A stretch of 64,000 bases of DNA from positions 310,558,001-310,622,000 of the forward strand of contig OZ024740.1 of the NCBI GenBank assembly GCA_964016885.1, in the 5' to 3' direction. The notes beneath the pieces are model-generated. The model made no database searches, had not been told where the DNA came from, and saw only the letters and a list, made by a program, of their open reading frames with translations. The translations under genes and the position numbers were made by a program. This DNA comes from Eledone cirrhosa. Taxonomy: Eukaryota. Positions 10,379 through 24,508 of the stretch are shown here, in pieces. The first letter of the stretch is position 1, and every line of letters begins with the position of its first letter.

Positions 10379-10570
10379 GGGCGGTGGATTGGCAGTATCG
10401 GTAGAGGGTCGGACGCCTTGCTTTGACGCATAGAGTTACGGCCCTTGCTATTCTGAGTTCAAATCCCGCCGAGGTTAACTTTGCCTTTCATCCTTACGGG
10501 GTCGATATAATAAAGTACCAGTAATACACTGGGTAATTGCTGGCCTTGTGCCTAACGTAGAAACAATTAT
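10379..10570 (+). mobile_element. SINE, full length with 18-bp TSD
   Basis: TSD attatttaattattcatc at 10361-10378 and 10566-10583; A and B boxes. Confidence 0.95.
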
Positions 10571-11079
10571 TTAATTATTCATCTCTACGAATGTTTCAAT
10601 GTAGTTCGAATATCGCATCCATTTGTTCAGAAACTGGAGATTACCAGTTAACAATTAACAGCATTACCGGTACTTTATCTCAAACGTATAGATTCAGGAG
10701 ATATCTATATATATATAACACTGAATAAAAGAAGGTAGTACAGCATAATCGAAGCTCTAATTGCGGGGAAGCTAACGAATGCTGTCGGGAAGTGCAGTCG
10801 GAAAGCACTCAATAAGGAATTTACCTTATAAGGAAATTACGTTTAGACAGCTATGCAAATGGAAGCCAGCGACCGAAAAGCGAGCCACTAGGACCAGAAC
10901 AACGAAAAAAATGACGTGTATGTCCATACCCTCATTACTTCTACAGCTTGCAACCGATGTTCTTCAAATTTGGAGCAAACATGCGGTATGTACCCAGGAG
11001 TGTTTAGGACTCGTAAAATATTCAAGTTGCTGTCTAAAGCGGCCCCTATATAAATATCGGTTAGCTGATTGCATGAAAG

Positions 11080-11081
<2 letters not shown>

Positions 11082-11177
<96 letters not shown>

Positions 11178-11305
11178 GGAGATAGGCCGTTATGCAGAGA
11201 GAGGTACAGGATATTAAAATAGAAAGAGAGAGAGAATGGCTATGAACGCTGGTTTACACACACACACACACACACGTACAAACACACACACAAACACACA
11301 CACAC

Positions 11306-11370
<65 letters not shown>

Positions 11371-11642
11371 CATAAGACGTACTGTGACTGTGTGCGTGCG
11401 TGAGAGAGTGTTGTGTGTGTTCGGGAAGTTACAATGTCCACATACACACACAAACACGCATCTCTCTATATTTATATCTATGTATGGTGTGCGTATACGC
11501 GTATGCACGTGTATGTGTGTATATATATGTGTATATGTATGTGTGTGTATATATGTATGCATATGTGTGTATTGCATATATATGTGTGTATATGAGTATA
11601 TATGTGTGTGTGTTTATATATATATATGCATATGTATGTGTA
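11082..11642. repeat. Compound CA/TA/GA/TG microsatellite region
   Basis: Directly visible. Confidence 0.9.
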
Positions 11643-11846
11643 TTTAAATATTCATTCGGTTATTCTAAATAGGGGATCCACCGTGGACTCTTTCGGACTC
11701 CACCCGCTTTCCTGTCGTCACAGTGCCGGCCACCTTCCACGCTATGCTGCCCATTTTGATTTAATATATATTTAGTTGCAATAAGGTTATTTGACTATAA
11801 TTATGTATTTATTTCTATTTTACGTTCATTCTCACCTCTATTATTA

Positions 11847-11928
<82 letters not shown>

Positions 11929-11929
<1 letters not shown>

Positions 11930-12790
11930 TATTGTATGCGCCTTGCACTGGAGAAACACCAGGACTCTGGCTTTACTGTAGCACCGGCTCAGAGCAGGAG
12001 AGTTAGGGCGAAAAAGGTATCGGATGCTGAATTTGCCGACGACATAGTTTTGGTGACCAATACAGTGAAGGAGGCAGAGGATTTGATGCGGGAGTTTGAG
12101 ACTGCGTCGATGAGTGTGGGGCTGAGAATGAATGAGACTAAAACAAAATATCTGGTAGAGAATGTTGAGAAGCCAGAGGGGATCACTAATGTAGGCGGGA
12201 AGCCGCTGGAGTTGGTTGAGGACTTCCTGTATTTGGGAGCAAGGATTGGGAATACGGAAGATGATGTGGTTGAGAGGAAGAGTAAGACCTGGGCGGCGTG
12301 TCACAGCTTGAGATCGGTGTGGAAGTCGGACCTTCGTAGAAGCCGGAAAATCCGCCTCTTCATTGCTGTAGTGGAGTCTGTGCTGCTGTATGGGTCTGAG
12401 ACTTGGACACTGACCAAGAAACTCACTCAGATGGTGGATGGGTGCTACACGAGAATGCTGAGGATGGCTCTGAACATTAATCAGTATACACTGAGGATGG
12501 AAAACTCAGAGCTGTATGGGAGCATCCCAAAAGTCAGCTGAAAAGTGACACAGAGGAGACTGAGGTTGGCTGGACATGCTCACCGACATCCAGAATTGAC
12601 ATTGCACTCACAGCTCCTTTGGGAGCCCCTACATGGACACACTAGAAGAGGAAGACCAAGGTTAACGTATGTTGATGCCCTAAAGACAGACACTGGTCTG
12701 TTGGAGATGCAGGACATGGCAGCGATAATGAGGGACAGAGACCGCTGGAGAGAACTCGTCCATGCATCTCGGGAATTTTACCCGCCTTAG
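11929..12790 (+). mobile_element. 5'-truncated RTE-clade LINE (RT C-terminus), TA-flanked
   Basis: DAEFADDIVL, EDFLYLG, ESVLLYGSETWTL, RRLRLAGH, RGRPRLTY; a single in-frame stop at 12539-12541. Confidence 0.9.
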
Positions 12791-12802
12791 ATATATATAT
12801 AT

Positions 12803-15800
12803 ATACTACTAAAACTCTGATCTTGCGTGCTTGCTTGCGTGTTTGCTTGTCTGTTATGTAATACAGCCAAAAGGGCGCATAATGGGTAAATACTTTGAAA
12901 GCAAGTTGCCTCGAAAATGGGAATACAAATTGAATAAAACAAGTTTCGCGAAAATCTGACCCCGAGTTCCCGAGATTCGCGGGTTTTGGAGGTACCTTCG
13001 TAAATAGCCACAACGGTGCATACTGGGAAAATACCTCGAAATTAACATAACCCTGCAAAACTTCGTAAATAGCCAAAACATTGCATAATGAGAAAATACT
13101 CTGAAAAAACAAGTTTGGCGTAAATCGCACATGGACAATATTTTCAATTTTCCAAAAATAGTATGGAATTCAATTTATCTTATTTTATAATGAAGGAATT
13201 CAATTTATCTTATTTTATAATGAATATCGAAAGAAATAATCCGTTTGTTTTTTGGTTGTTCATTCTGTAGGTAAGAGAGACATAGAGGGGGTGAGAGAGA
13301 GAAAGAGAGAGTGAGGGTGAGAGAGAGAAAGAGAGAGAGTGAGGGGATGAGAAAGAGAGAGGGGATGACAGATAGGGAAAGAGACAGCGTCCTTAACTTT
13401 TATTTATTTTAACTGTCCGCCCTATCCATAACGTTATTTCTTTCTCTCTCTTTCACAGTTCTACTGTCACCGTGTGTATCTGTATGTGTATGTGTGCCAG
13501 TGCATCTGTTTACGTACTTAGAGACGTGTGTGTGTGGGTGTGTGTGTGTGTGTGTAACAGTACTTATGTTAGAGACATATATATATTTGTGTGTGTGTGT
13601 GTGTGCGTGTGTATGTGTGTCTAGGATACCTTCGTAAATAGCCAAAACGGTGCATAATTCGAAAAATAGCCTTGTAACTGATATAACCCTGAAATGGGGA
13701 TAAAATAAGTTTGACGTAAATCGACATAAACTATATTCATCATTCGAGAAATATTTTTAATAATTATTAAACAAAGATTTTTCAGTGATTTCTCAGTGAA
13801 TATGATTTCAAAACTACAAGTTGTTTGTACTTCAAGTATCTACATTTGAGCGTTCTTTAAGCAGACGATATTAAGTGAATATCACTGAAAAATACCTGTT
13901 GGTTTTAAACAGTAGGTGTTTATATTTTTGCTTTTGCTAAAAAGAATATTTCAATTATTTAGAAATATTTTTAGATGAATTTGATTTCACAAATAGCTTT
14001 ATTTACATAGACAATATCTTTATTTTTTTTTTTTTTTTTAAAGTGAAAATGACTTTAAAAATACACTGAGTATATATGTTTCAGCTTTCTTTAAACAGAA
14101 TATTTTAATTATCAATAAGTATTTTTTAAGTGAAAATTACTTAAAAAATACGAGTTGTTTAGAAATATTTCTAAATGATGATTTTAAAAAAATATTTGTT
14201 GAGGTAATAGGAATTTTTTCTAAGGTGAATACGACTTTCGATTCTTAAATAATGCCTCAACGAGGAAGAAAGAAAACATCTGGCTGGTCTATCGATAGTG
14301 CAAAGAAAGAACGGCTAAAGAGAGCCGAAGAAGGTGAGCAAGATAGTGGTCAATGTCAACTAGATCGGGACTGGCATGCGAATAGAAGGATCGATGAGAC
14401 TGATAAAGCAAGGGTTGGCGGAACAGATGGAAAGAGACAGAAGCAGGAGAGATCATGAATCGGATGGTCGGAGAGCTGAACCGTCTTTGCCAACAAACCA
14501 TTAGGGATATAGCAAGGACAGTTCAACGACGTGACCTCTCTACTGATGTTGGACAGATTGAATAAGATCTGTGTCTATTGTCATGCAATTCTTTTTCATG
14601 GTGAACTGCTAACTTTTGCTGTATGAATGGAAAAGTCAGGTTGGGTTATCTGCAGCCTTTACCCAGGAACTTCACAGTTTATTTAGTACTGATCAACCTA
14701 GGGCAAACGAGTTCAGGAAGAACCTCAGACAATACAACTGCATGTTCCAAATGACAACTTTTGGGGCTGAAGAATTTCGTTCCACGTTAGTCATGGTCAA
14801 ATTCACCATTACATCGGTTCCTTAACCCCTAATCCCAACGAACAACCCCAATTTCTTCAAATTTACTTCTTGGATCCTCAGGATAGTGTTGATTTGAGGA
14901 TCAGGATACTCCATAACGATGGCATTCAGCGCGACATAGTTGAATTATTGGAAATAATACTCAGACAATATAACCCTTACGTTGCTTCATTTCGAATGGC
15001 AAAAGAACAAATTAAAAATATTCCAGAAGCTTCGATTATTATTGATCCTGGTTAGAGACCAGCAATGGAACATGAGAGAAGATTCAATGCACAAACTGCA
15101 AACGAAGTTGCCGTTATTATACAAAACAGCACCGAACTTCAAGCAAAAGCACGGCACATTGTGTTGAAATAAAAAGGCGGACAATTGCAAATAATCTCAG
15201 AGTCCCATTGGTCCTATGACTGTTTGCAGTATGTTCTATTTTTTCCTTTTGGCGATGACGGATGGCATCATGAGCTGTTAATGAGCAACAACAAGAGGTT
15301 GACGCCAATGCGCTACTAATCCTATCGAATAATGAACCATGAGAATGAATTCAACCAACTTCTCAGAGGCGGTCGTTTATTTCAGCAATATTTGGTTGAC
15401 ATGTCTGCGAAGATTGAATGAGATAGATTGCAATACATCCGAATGAATCAAACATCATTGCGATCTACAACATACAAGGACCTTACTGACGCATTGGATG
15501 ATGATGACGATTTTGGCAATATTGGCAGGCGTATCATACTCTCTTCCACATTTGTCGGTGCACCGAGATATATGATGGAGCGATGCCAGGATGGCATGAT
15601 GTACATACGGAAGTACGGCAATCCTTCCTTCTTCATCACAATGGCATGCAATCCAAACTAGCCCGAAATCCGGCAGAACCTATTCCTGAATCAGAAGCCA
15701 CATGACAGGCCAGATTTAATTGCCAGAGTATTAGACCTGAAGCGGAAACTGTTAAGAAAGTATCTTACTGGAGTAGATGGCCTATTTGGCAAATGCATTT

Positions 15801-18601
15801 CTTACGTGCTGACAGTCGAATATCAAAAGCGAGGTCTTCCTCATGTGCACTGTTTGCTATGGCTCAATGAAGCCTCCACGCCCAGACCGCAGGAATATGA
15901 TAAATTTGTTCAAGCCGAAATACCAGATCCAAACAAAGATCCAGAGGGTCATGAATTGGTGCTGAAGCACATGATCCACGGTCCGAATTGCTGTAACAAT
16001 TCGTCGTGTTGGAAAGATGGTACGTGCAGTAAGCAGTACCCTAAGCCTTTCAATAAATATACATTGTGTGGAGAGGACTATTATCCTGTGTACAGAAGAC
16101 GGTCTCCAGGAATAGGAGGATTTGAGGGGTACCAAGAAGGAAGGGGAAGCCGAAATATAACTTCGGAATGGGTGGTTCCCTACAATATGAAACTATTAAA
16201 ACTGTTCAACTGTCACCTAAACGTAGAGATGTGTTCTTCCGTGAAATCTATCAAATACGTTATCAAATATACCATGAAGGGCAGTGACCAGGCAATGTTT
16301 GGAGTGAACAGGGAAGATGAGATAATAGAGTTTTTAACATGAAGATATATCGGTCCTTCAGAAGCTGTTGCCTTGGTACTTGGATTTCCAATTCATGAGA
16401 GAGGACCGGCCGTAGTTCCCCTTCAAGTTCATCTACCTGAGGAAAATCAAATCTTCTTTCGGGTCAATGCTGCTGTTAAAGTAAACAATAACATGGCTAA
16501 GACGACTCTGACTGAGTTCATTGATCTTTGCGATCACGATCCGTTTGCAAAAACATTGTATTATGCCGATGTGCCAAAGTTTTACACTTGGAGTAATAAG
16601 AGATGGGAAAGGAGAAAACAGTTGAGCAGTACCAGGGATTTTTGAGGCGAACGTTTTGGGACGAGTATACACTGTTTCTCCATGAAGTGGTGACCTGTAT
16701 TATTTAAGACTCCTTCTGCATCACGTCCAGCATACAAGGCTGATTGTTTTGGATGAGTGTTCTATGATTCGGAGGGAAAGCTTCGAAGCTGCTGACCTCA
16801 CTCTGCGTGACATATGCGACAACAATGAGGCATTTGGTGGAATTTTGACAATTTGCTGTGGCGATTTCCGTCAGCTTCTTCCGGTAGTGAAAAGGGGAAA
16901 TGAAGCGGACGTGGAAAACGCCTGCATTAAAAAATCCTACTAGCTTCAAAAGATTTCAGTTGAAGACAAACATGCGATTGGGTGGGGGAGCAGGAGACTA
17001 TTCACAGTTCCTATTGGATATTGGAGAAGATAAGATAAAAAAAAATGAAAATTTGGAAATTATATTGCCAAAGGAAATGGTTCTCCAAGCAACAATTATG
17101 GAAGAATGTATTGATTTCATCTACCCCTCATTCGACAATCCAGCTGAAGTCTTTTCGAACAATTGCATCTTAGTACCTCTGAATGAAATGATGAGAAGCA
17201 TCAATTCCACCCGTATCAATTCCACCGTATTATGGTTCCACCCTGGAACCATAAAAGAGTACCGATCCTATAATTCTGTGAGTGATGGTGCCAATGCCAC
17301 TCATTTCTCGACTGAATTCCTTGATTCGGTTGAACTATCATGACTGCCACCACATAACTTGGAATTGAAAAAAGGATCGCCAATAATTCTTATGAGAAAC
17401 TTGAATCCTCCAAGGCTTTGTAATGGAACGCGCATGATCGTGGAAGAACTGCACGACAATCTCATAGTAGCAAGAATCAACACTGCTGCTTTCAGAAATG
17501 AGATCGTTATGATACCTAGAATAAGAATTATTCAATCCGAAGGTGAGGCTATCCCTTTGCAGCGAAGCCAATTCCCAGTTCAATCGTGCTTCGCTATGAC
17601 TATTCATAAAGCACAAAGACAAACTATGGAAAACGTCTTGGTTTATCTGGAACGACCTGTATTCCAACACGGTCAACTGTATGTAGACCTTAGCCGCGGA
17701 AAACGAAAAGAAAATGTCAGAGTGTTTCTGAAGGATACCCAGTCAACTAAGAATGTTGTCATCAAAAGCATTCTTTTGAACAAACTGTAACAGCGTAAAT
17801 ATGAGAAATTGTTGATTCCGACGTCAGAAAATGAAATGAAAAGGAAACACTAAGACAAGTAAAAATAATTTCATTCAAATGTTTGTAAATAAAACCAGCT
17901 TTTCATTAGCATTGCAACTTTTTAAGCAGAAAAATCTTTCAGAACAAACAGTCAAGCATCCATAGAGATATAGAAAAAAAATTTTTGAAGTGGAGTGATT
18001 GGATAGCTATTAGTGAAAAATGATTTGATATTTTCTTTGTGAAAATACTTGTGAATAATACAGTGAAAAGACAAGTTTTGCGTACATCGGACCACGGGTC
18101 CCCGAAATACGCGGGGTTTTTTTCGGATACCTTTATAAATAGCCAAATCAGCGCATAAAGGGAAAATTCTTTGAAAGTAAGGTACCATTGAAATGTGAAT
18201 ACAAACGCAGATAGTGGTTGAGAGAGAGAGAGAGAGGGGGGAGCTGGTGGTGTTGTTGAATGAAATTATGACAGGTGACTTCAAAGAATCGAATATAGCA
18301 TTACTGTATCTAGCTTGAATTTGGTGACTGAATATTAAGTTATATGTATCTTATAACTTGTGTTAGGACAGGATGTATGTATGTGTGTGTCTGTAACCAG
18401 TGTATATAGGCCACAGACACCCCCACACATACAAACACATATGTATATATATAGATATACACTTACATATACACACACACATACACGTATATATATATTG
18501 ACTTTCTAATGTCATTTTACATTATATACATTTTGTGTATATTTTAATTATTTAAAATGATTTTTAAGTGAACATAACCCAACGGGTCACGGGTGGTCTA
18601 G
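12803..18601 (+). mobile_element. Helitron (decayed autonomous copy)
   Basis: RepHel remnants; 3' hairpin acccaacgggtcacgggt followed by CTAG|T at 18598-18601; 5' end merges with (TA)n and is approximate. Confidence 0.9.
14252..17790 (+). pseudogene. Helitron Rep (HUH) / Pif1 helicase pseudogene
   Basis: FFITMACNP, VEYQKRGLPHVH, KYVIKYTMKG; DECSM, GDFRQLLPV, RNLNPPRLCNGTR, QFPVQSCFAMTIHKAQ, HGQLYV; many stops and frameshifts. Confidence 0.95.
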
Positions 18602-19559
18602 TATATATATAAAATGTATATATATATATGTGTGGTTTGTGTGTGTGTGTGTGGGGGGGGGGGGGGGGTATGTATATGTACTTAAAACTTAAAGTACCAT
18701 TCCAAAATAGAAAACAATATGGTTTCAAAGTTTTTACATCACGTGTATTGGCTCTCTAATTAAAGGAGTCTTCTTAGGTATCTACCAGACAACTTCTTTT
18801 CACTCCTTATCTTTATTACATTGATTATTTTGAAATTATTTTAATCTAGTTGAGGGAATGATAAAAACTGTAATAGAGGTAAAATAACTTTACTTAAATT
18901 CCTGCGGAGTTTTTTGTATCTCATTTAATCGGTTGGCACTGAAACAGTGACGGATATTGATTTACGAAGTAAAAGGAATTTACTTAACTGTTTTACTGTA
19001 CAAGGTTACCATTAAAATGACTAATAATTGGTTAATATGTCAGATTTTATGAGACAGATAGGATTCAATAGCTATACTTGTATATATTTTAGATATTGTT
19101 TTTCTGTATTTATTTTTCTACTTTTCTCTACTATAGCAAATACAATCATTTTTTTCTTCTTATGAGACCAGGAGAATTAATGGCTAAATGAATATATCCT
19201 TCCAGTGACGTTGAAGAGAAAGCACAAGCTCCCAAGTACTTATTTATAGGAATGAGTTTTGTAATATATTTCGAACAACTCCAATTGAAAACAATGTGTG
19301 ATATTTTGGCGTCCAAATTTTTCCTACGTTATTCTTTACAATGTTTACTACCATTCCAAGTTGATGTACGATTTTCTTCAATTGACAAAACGACTCAGCA
19401 ATAGTTATCCCTGATACAATTTTAAAATAAATCGCTAACATTAGCCTGTTAATCGATATCATATGAATGAAGTTCGATGTACCAAGTCTACAAAAGCTCA
19501 CCATATCTATGTATAGTTGTATTCATACATAATTCCACAAATCAACTAGATCACTCGTC

Positions 19560-20802
19560 TTCGGAATCCAAAGAGATTCAAGAAGTTATATATTGTTAAC
19601 ATTCTTCACAGTAGGACACAATATGTGCAGAGGATAGTCCATTCACACGTCGAAATGTTCTGCATGAAACAGATAAGTTCATCAGAGTTGGGAAGAACTC
19701 CTCGAGAGATATTCCCTGTGTGATAATCAGAAACTCACACCCAGGGAAGTCGCCTAGCAGTATCGCAGTGAATCCAAGCAAAAAATCCTGCATGGATATG
19801 TTGCCAGGAAGCTCCAGAGTGAGAGTATAGGTAAGGAAAGTAGTCTATCTTGGACCAACAACCGCTATATTGGCTCACACTTTGAAGGGTACGCTTTTGT
19901 AATCCAAGAACAGGAGATTAACACGAACTACCTGATTCACAAAAGAGATAGGGATGCAGGCAAAACACCTAGATGTGACAACAAGTGCAGACTCTGCAGA
20001 ACTAACATCGAGGATATCACCCATGTCATCAGCAGCTGCCCAAGGATCTGATCGCGGTACTATCTACCTAAGCGGCAGGATGTAGTGACCAAAACACTGT
20101 ACAATGCAGTTCGTAAAAAAGGTAGCCTCGATAATAAACACATTAAAAGCTACAACAATGTGGAAGACATCCATGTACATAATATGAAAGAGTATTGGTG
20201 GAATTTTCCAGTAAAACCTCCAATAAAATGCAGGTATAACAGACCAGATATTATTATATGGGACAGAGAGAAGAAAGCATGCACAGTAGTGGAAATTAAC
20301 TGCCCAGCAGATGCCAATATAATATCAAAGATAAGTGAAAAGGAGAATATTTATGCAGAACTGATGAGAAATCTGCAGATACTCCACCTTGATTACACCT
20401 TCAGATTTATACCTGTGATTATTGGGGCACTGGGGTATGTTAGTAACTGCCTCAATACAAATCTTGAGAAGCTAGGCTTCACAGGAACATAAAGAACACA
20501 ACTAGTTAGGAGATTACAAGTACAATCCATTAATGGAACAGTAAAAATATGTAAAACATTCCAAAGATTTTGCATCTAATAACTACATATAGACATGTAC
20601 AGATGCAAAGCATATACACATGCACACATACAACTCAAAAGATCCACATCCACACATACAATAACATCCATATCTACACATGCATACATACATATCTACC
20701 TAGTTGATGTTGTGAAAATTCCAATGAGAGAGTCCTGTGTCTATATTAGAACCGACTCTCTCTCTATTGATAACACTTTGTGAAATTATAAAACCAGAAG
20801 AA
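19560..20802 (+). mobile_element. R4/Dong-like RLE non-LTR retrotransposon 3' fragment
   Basis: SHFEGYAFVIQEQEI, CRLC...HVISSC zinc knuckle, RPDIIIWD...VEINCP restriction-like endonuclease; ends in (CATA)n. Confidence 0.85.
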
Positions 20803-20866
20803 CATACATACATACATACATACATACATACATACATACATACATACATACATACATACATACATA

Positions 20867-21680
20867 CCAGAACGCACTCCCAATACTGCAATGAATCCAT
20901 GGATAAAAAGCTGCATACATATACAAATCATGTATGTGTATGTTGCCAGAAAGTTTCCAAGTGAGAGATAATCAAAGCAGTCTATCTTCGACAAACAGCC
21001 GTTATATTTTCTCTCACTTTCAAATATATGCCTTTTGCAATCCAAGAACAGGAAATAACAACAAAATACCTGCTGCACAAAAGAAACAAGGATGCAGGCA
21101 AAACAACCAAATAAGAAAACAGATACAAACTCTGCGGAATAAACATCACAGATGATATCCACGTCATAAACAGTTGTCCATAGATGTCATTACGAAACTA
21201 TTTACCTATACAGCATGATGTAGTGGCCAACCCACAGTACATTGCAATCCGTAGAAAGGTTAGCCCTGACAATAAATGTATAAAAAGCTACAGTGATGTG
21301 AAGGACTTATGCGTACATACTATGAATTAGTACTGGTGGAATGTTCCAGTCAAAACCATAACAAAATGTAAATATAGCAGACCAGAAATATAATTGGACA
21401 AAGAACACATAAGGCATGTGTAGTAGTGGAAATCACCCTCCCAGCATATGTAAATGTACTGCTAATGATTAGTGAAAAAGAGAACATTTATGCTGAACTA
21501 ATGAGAAATCTGCAGATGCTCCACCCTGATTTTACTTTTAGATTCGTATCAATGATAATTGGAGTTCTGGGATATGTTACTAACTGCCTCACTACAAACA
21601 TTGAGTATCAGGGCTTCACAGAATCAAAAAGAGCACAGCTAATAGGAAACTGCAGTACAGTCCATTAATGGAACTGTATC
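20867..21680 (+). mobile_element. Second, older R4/Dong-like 3' fragment
   Basis: Homologous to 19790-20540 (SEKENIYAELMRNLQ); starts right after the (CATA)n at 20803-20866. Confidence 0.8.
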
Positions 21681-24508
21681 TAGAAATGTATACCCAGGAA
21701 AGAAATTAACCTACGAGCTAAAGGTAGCGTATACATTCAAACCACGTCCTGGATTCTGATCCATATACGACCACAAGGATTATTTCTAATGACACTTTTC
21801 AGTTTAGGTTACTCAATGCCGAGCAATCATATATTGGACAGATATGTAAAAGATAAATTACTATCTACATCACGGCGTAAAAGCAGAGCGTTTTTATCCA
21901 ACTAGATATTAATAACTACTATACATTCACATTCCGCAACCTAATTGATAGCATAATTTGATTTCCTTTCAATAAAGCCAAGATTTAAGAATATTGTATA
22001 GACAAAAACCTTTTCGGACAAGGAAGATAGTAATCTAAATCTCCCTGTTTTTATAGATAAAGAAATACTGTAATGTTCCAACAACAATACATGCTGGAGT
22101 GAGCTACAGATATTTAGTGGGGTTTTCTAACCTTCAGCATCTTAGCACCAGATACTCAAATTCTCTTAGCTATAAAAGAAAACCGCGTAGATGATACATT
22201 AACCCTTTATTATTGCATTTTCTATCCCTGTAAGAAATAAAATAAATATCTTGGCTCCATTAGTACGTTTAAGTAGCCACTCTAAATAATATGGATAATG
22301 TTGTTATAAATCTGTCCGTTAGAATATATAGGTATTTCACCTAACAAAGACATATGCGTATTTATGTATGTGCTTGTATGTGTGTGCACATGTATGTGCT
22401 TGTGCCTGTCAGCATTTGCACGGGGGCGGGGTGGGCATGCGTGTGTGTGTGTGTGTACGTGTGTATGAATAAAATATATTCTGTCAATGAACAATCTTAA
22501 TGGTATAACAGATTTCGTCATCACGTAACTATTGTATCGATACTAGAAGGAAGAAAGGCAATATGTACATGAGCTTGATTTGAATATAAACGTCAAAATG
22601 CTACAATTTATTTTGTTTAACACTACGAATTATTTATTTCACTAGCTTTAACAACATGTAAAACCCTTATGTATACTTACATACCGATTTGTTTTAGATA
22701 TCCTGCTACAAATTGGACAAGTAGTCACTTCTAGATGTTTGGAGAGATTTCTAACATAATCTGCCTGTGTCATTGTTTTTTCATTTTTCTGGTTTAGAAA
22801 CCAGCTTTAGAATAAAGGGCACTGTGACAGAAATTGCAATTCCAATGAACAACATTTTCAGGCCCTACCACCTCACCCTTTCTTCGTGTCCATATAGAGT
22901 TGGAGCAGGAATATTCCCTTGCTTAACACCGTTGTCAATATATATTAGTTTCGAATGTTTTCCATTAACTACAACCCTGGCCTTTCAATGTGGAAATAAT
23001 GTCAGTATGAATGTTTTCATAGAAAGTCATAACAGTTTCTTTATTGGCTTGGAGAGTAGGAACTGAAAAGATTGTCGCAAAACGTCAACAAAAGAATGGA
23101 ACACGTAGCTTCATTATGCAAGCAGTAATGCTAGGTGTGTGCTATAAATGTTTGCCAATGTTGTTCTCATTGTTAAAACAACCTGACCTTCTCGACGCTC
23201 ACACAGAAAAATGCATATCCGGATGACACTTCAGTCAACTGATCTTCACTTGACAGGCGCGTTTCTGAGTGTACTGCAATAATTATATGCAGTCTTTAAA
23301 GTTCCTTAGCTATATGTGCGGCTTTTTCTGGTCGGTTTGATAAATTCTGGTCCGAAGGTGTTCTAACTTTCAAACAACAAAGGTTGAGCTTAACTCGTTC
23401 TTTTGCAAGTAATGTGTCATATCTATCATCTTGTCTCCTTCTTCTGATATGAACCACCATAAGCCGCAGGTAACCAACCAGTGTTGATGTGATAGACACT
23501 GTTCACATCAGCATCTTTAGTACATTTACATAACACTGGATGAGCAGTGCTCTCCCTAACAGGGCTGTTCAGACACAAGATCCTCCACGGAAGTTAGTCC
23601 CTGTCACAGGAAGATGCAACAACGATGTTAATAAAAAAAACCCTACCACCTATGTGCAGATTTGTAAATATGTGCTTCTATCTGGTTAGATCTGCACATG
23701 TCACCACTCCTCCGTCGCCGTAGGACATTTAGCAGATGAAATTGTAGTTGAGTAGATCATGAAAGAGACAGTTGTGTCTCATTGAATTACATTGGTAAAC
23801 ACTTCTATAACACAATTAGCACTGTCTAAGTCTCAGTGATTATTATCTGATGACAAGCCAAAGTAAGATGGCCAGTAATCATGTAAACCGCCGGTTTCAC
23901 TTCAGTGTTTCACTCTCTTAGAAGAATGTTGTAACAACGCCTTAGGGTCCTTCACTCACAGTGGACTTTCTTCTTTTTCTCATCTGCGAAAGCCACAACT
24001 GCAGATGAGTTTTAGTTGTTCGTTGACTTAGTCATCCGAGCAGTTGACCAAGGAGGTTCTTTTGCTCAGCATCAGTAAGCTCACGCATTTGAATCTGACT
24101 TGAATTCATCTGACGTAATTCTCCACCTACCAAGCTGCAAATACATGGCTTCTTCGTAACCCTGTCCAAATGCTTTCCGGGTTCTATGGTTTGCCAAAGC
24201 AGCCATCCGTGGATTGGTCTGTGTCTATTTATTTCCGTATTCGTTTACGAACGGCCTCCCAATCCCGTTAAAAGTTTGAAAGTTAAACATATAAAAGTCT
24301 TAGAAATTAAGTTAAAAGTCAAAAGAGCTAAACGTTAAGACTTAAAATTCAATGGGTTAAATGTTAAAGGGGTTAAAAGGATCACTCTTCTAAACAAGCA
24401 AGTTTGGTGGCGTGGCCAGTTTAATTGCCGGCGAAATGATCACGTAATAGGTTGAACAGGGTTACATGTTACCTGTAGCGCTAGAGAGCGACTTGATGTA
24501 ACATACAG

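Noticed and set aside
10379-10470. tRNA gene-like A/B boxes
   Set aside because: Head of the SINE; no cloverleaf, repeated with tail and TSD
10779-11222. 147-aa ORF
   Set aside because: No motif, and its length is inflated by the CA/TA/GA microsatellite
12539-12541. Single in-frame TGA in the RTE fragment as possible Sec
   Set aside because: Not at a conserved Cys position; more simply a nonsense mutation
19640-19695. CTGATGA on the minus strand
   Set aside because: Inside the R4-like coding region, with no matching GAAA/NUH or stems
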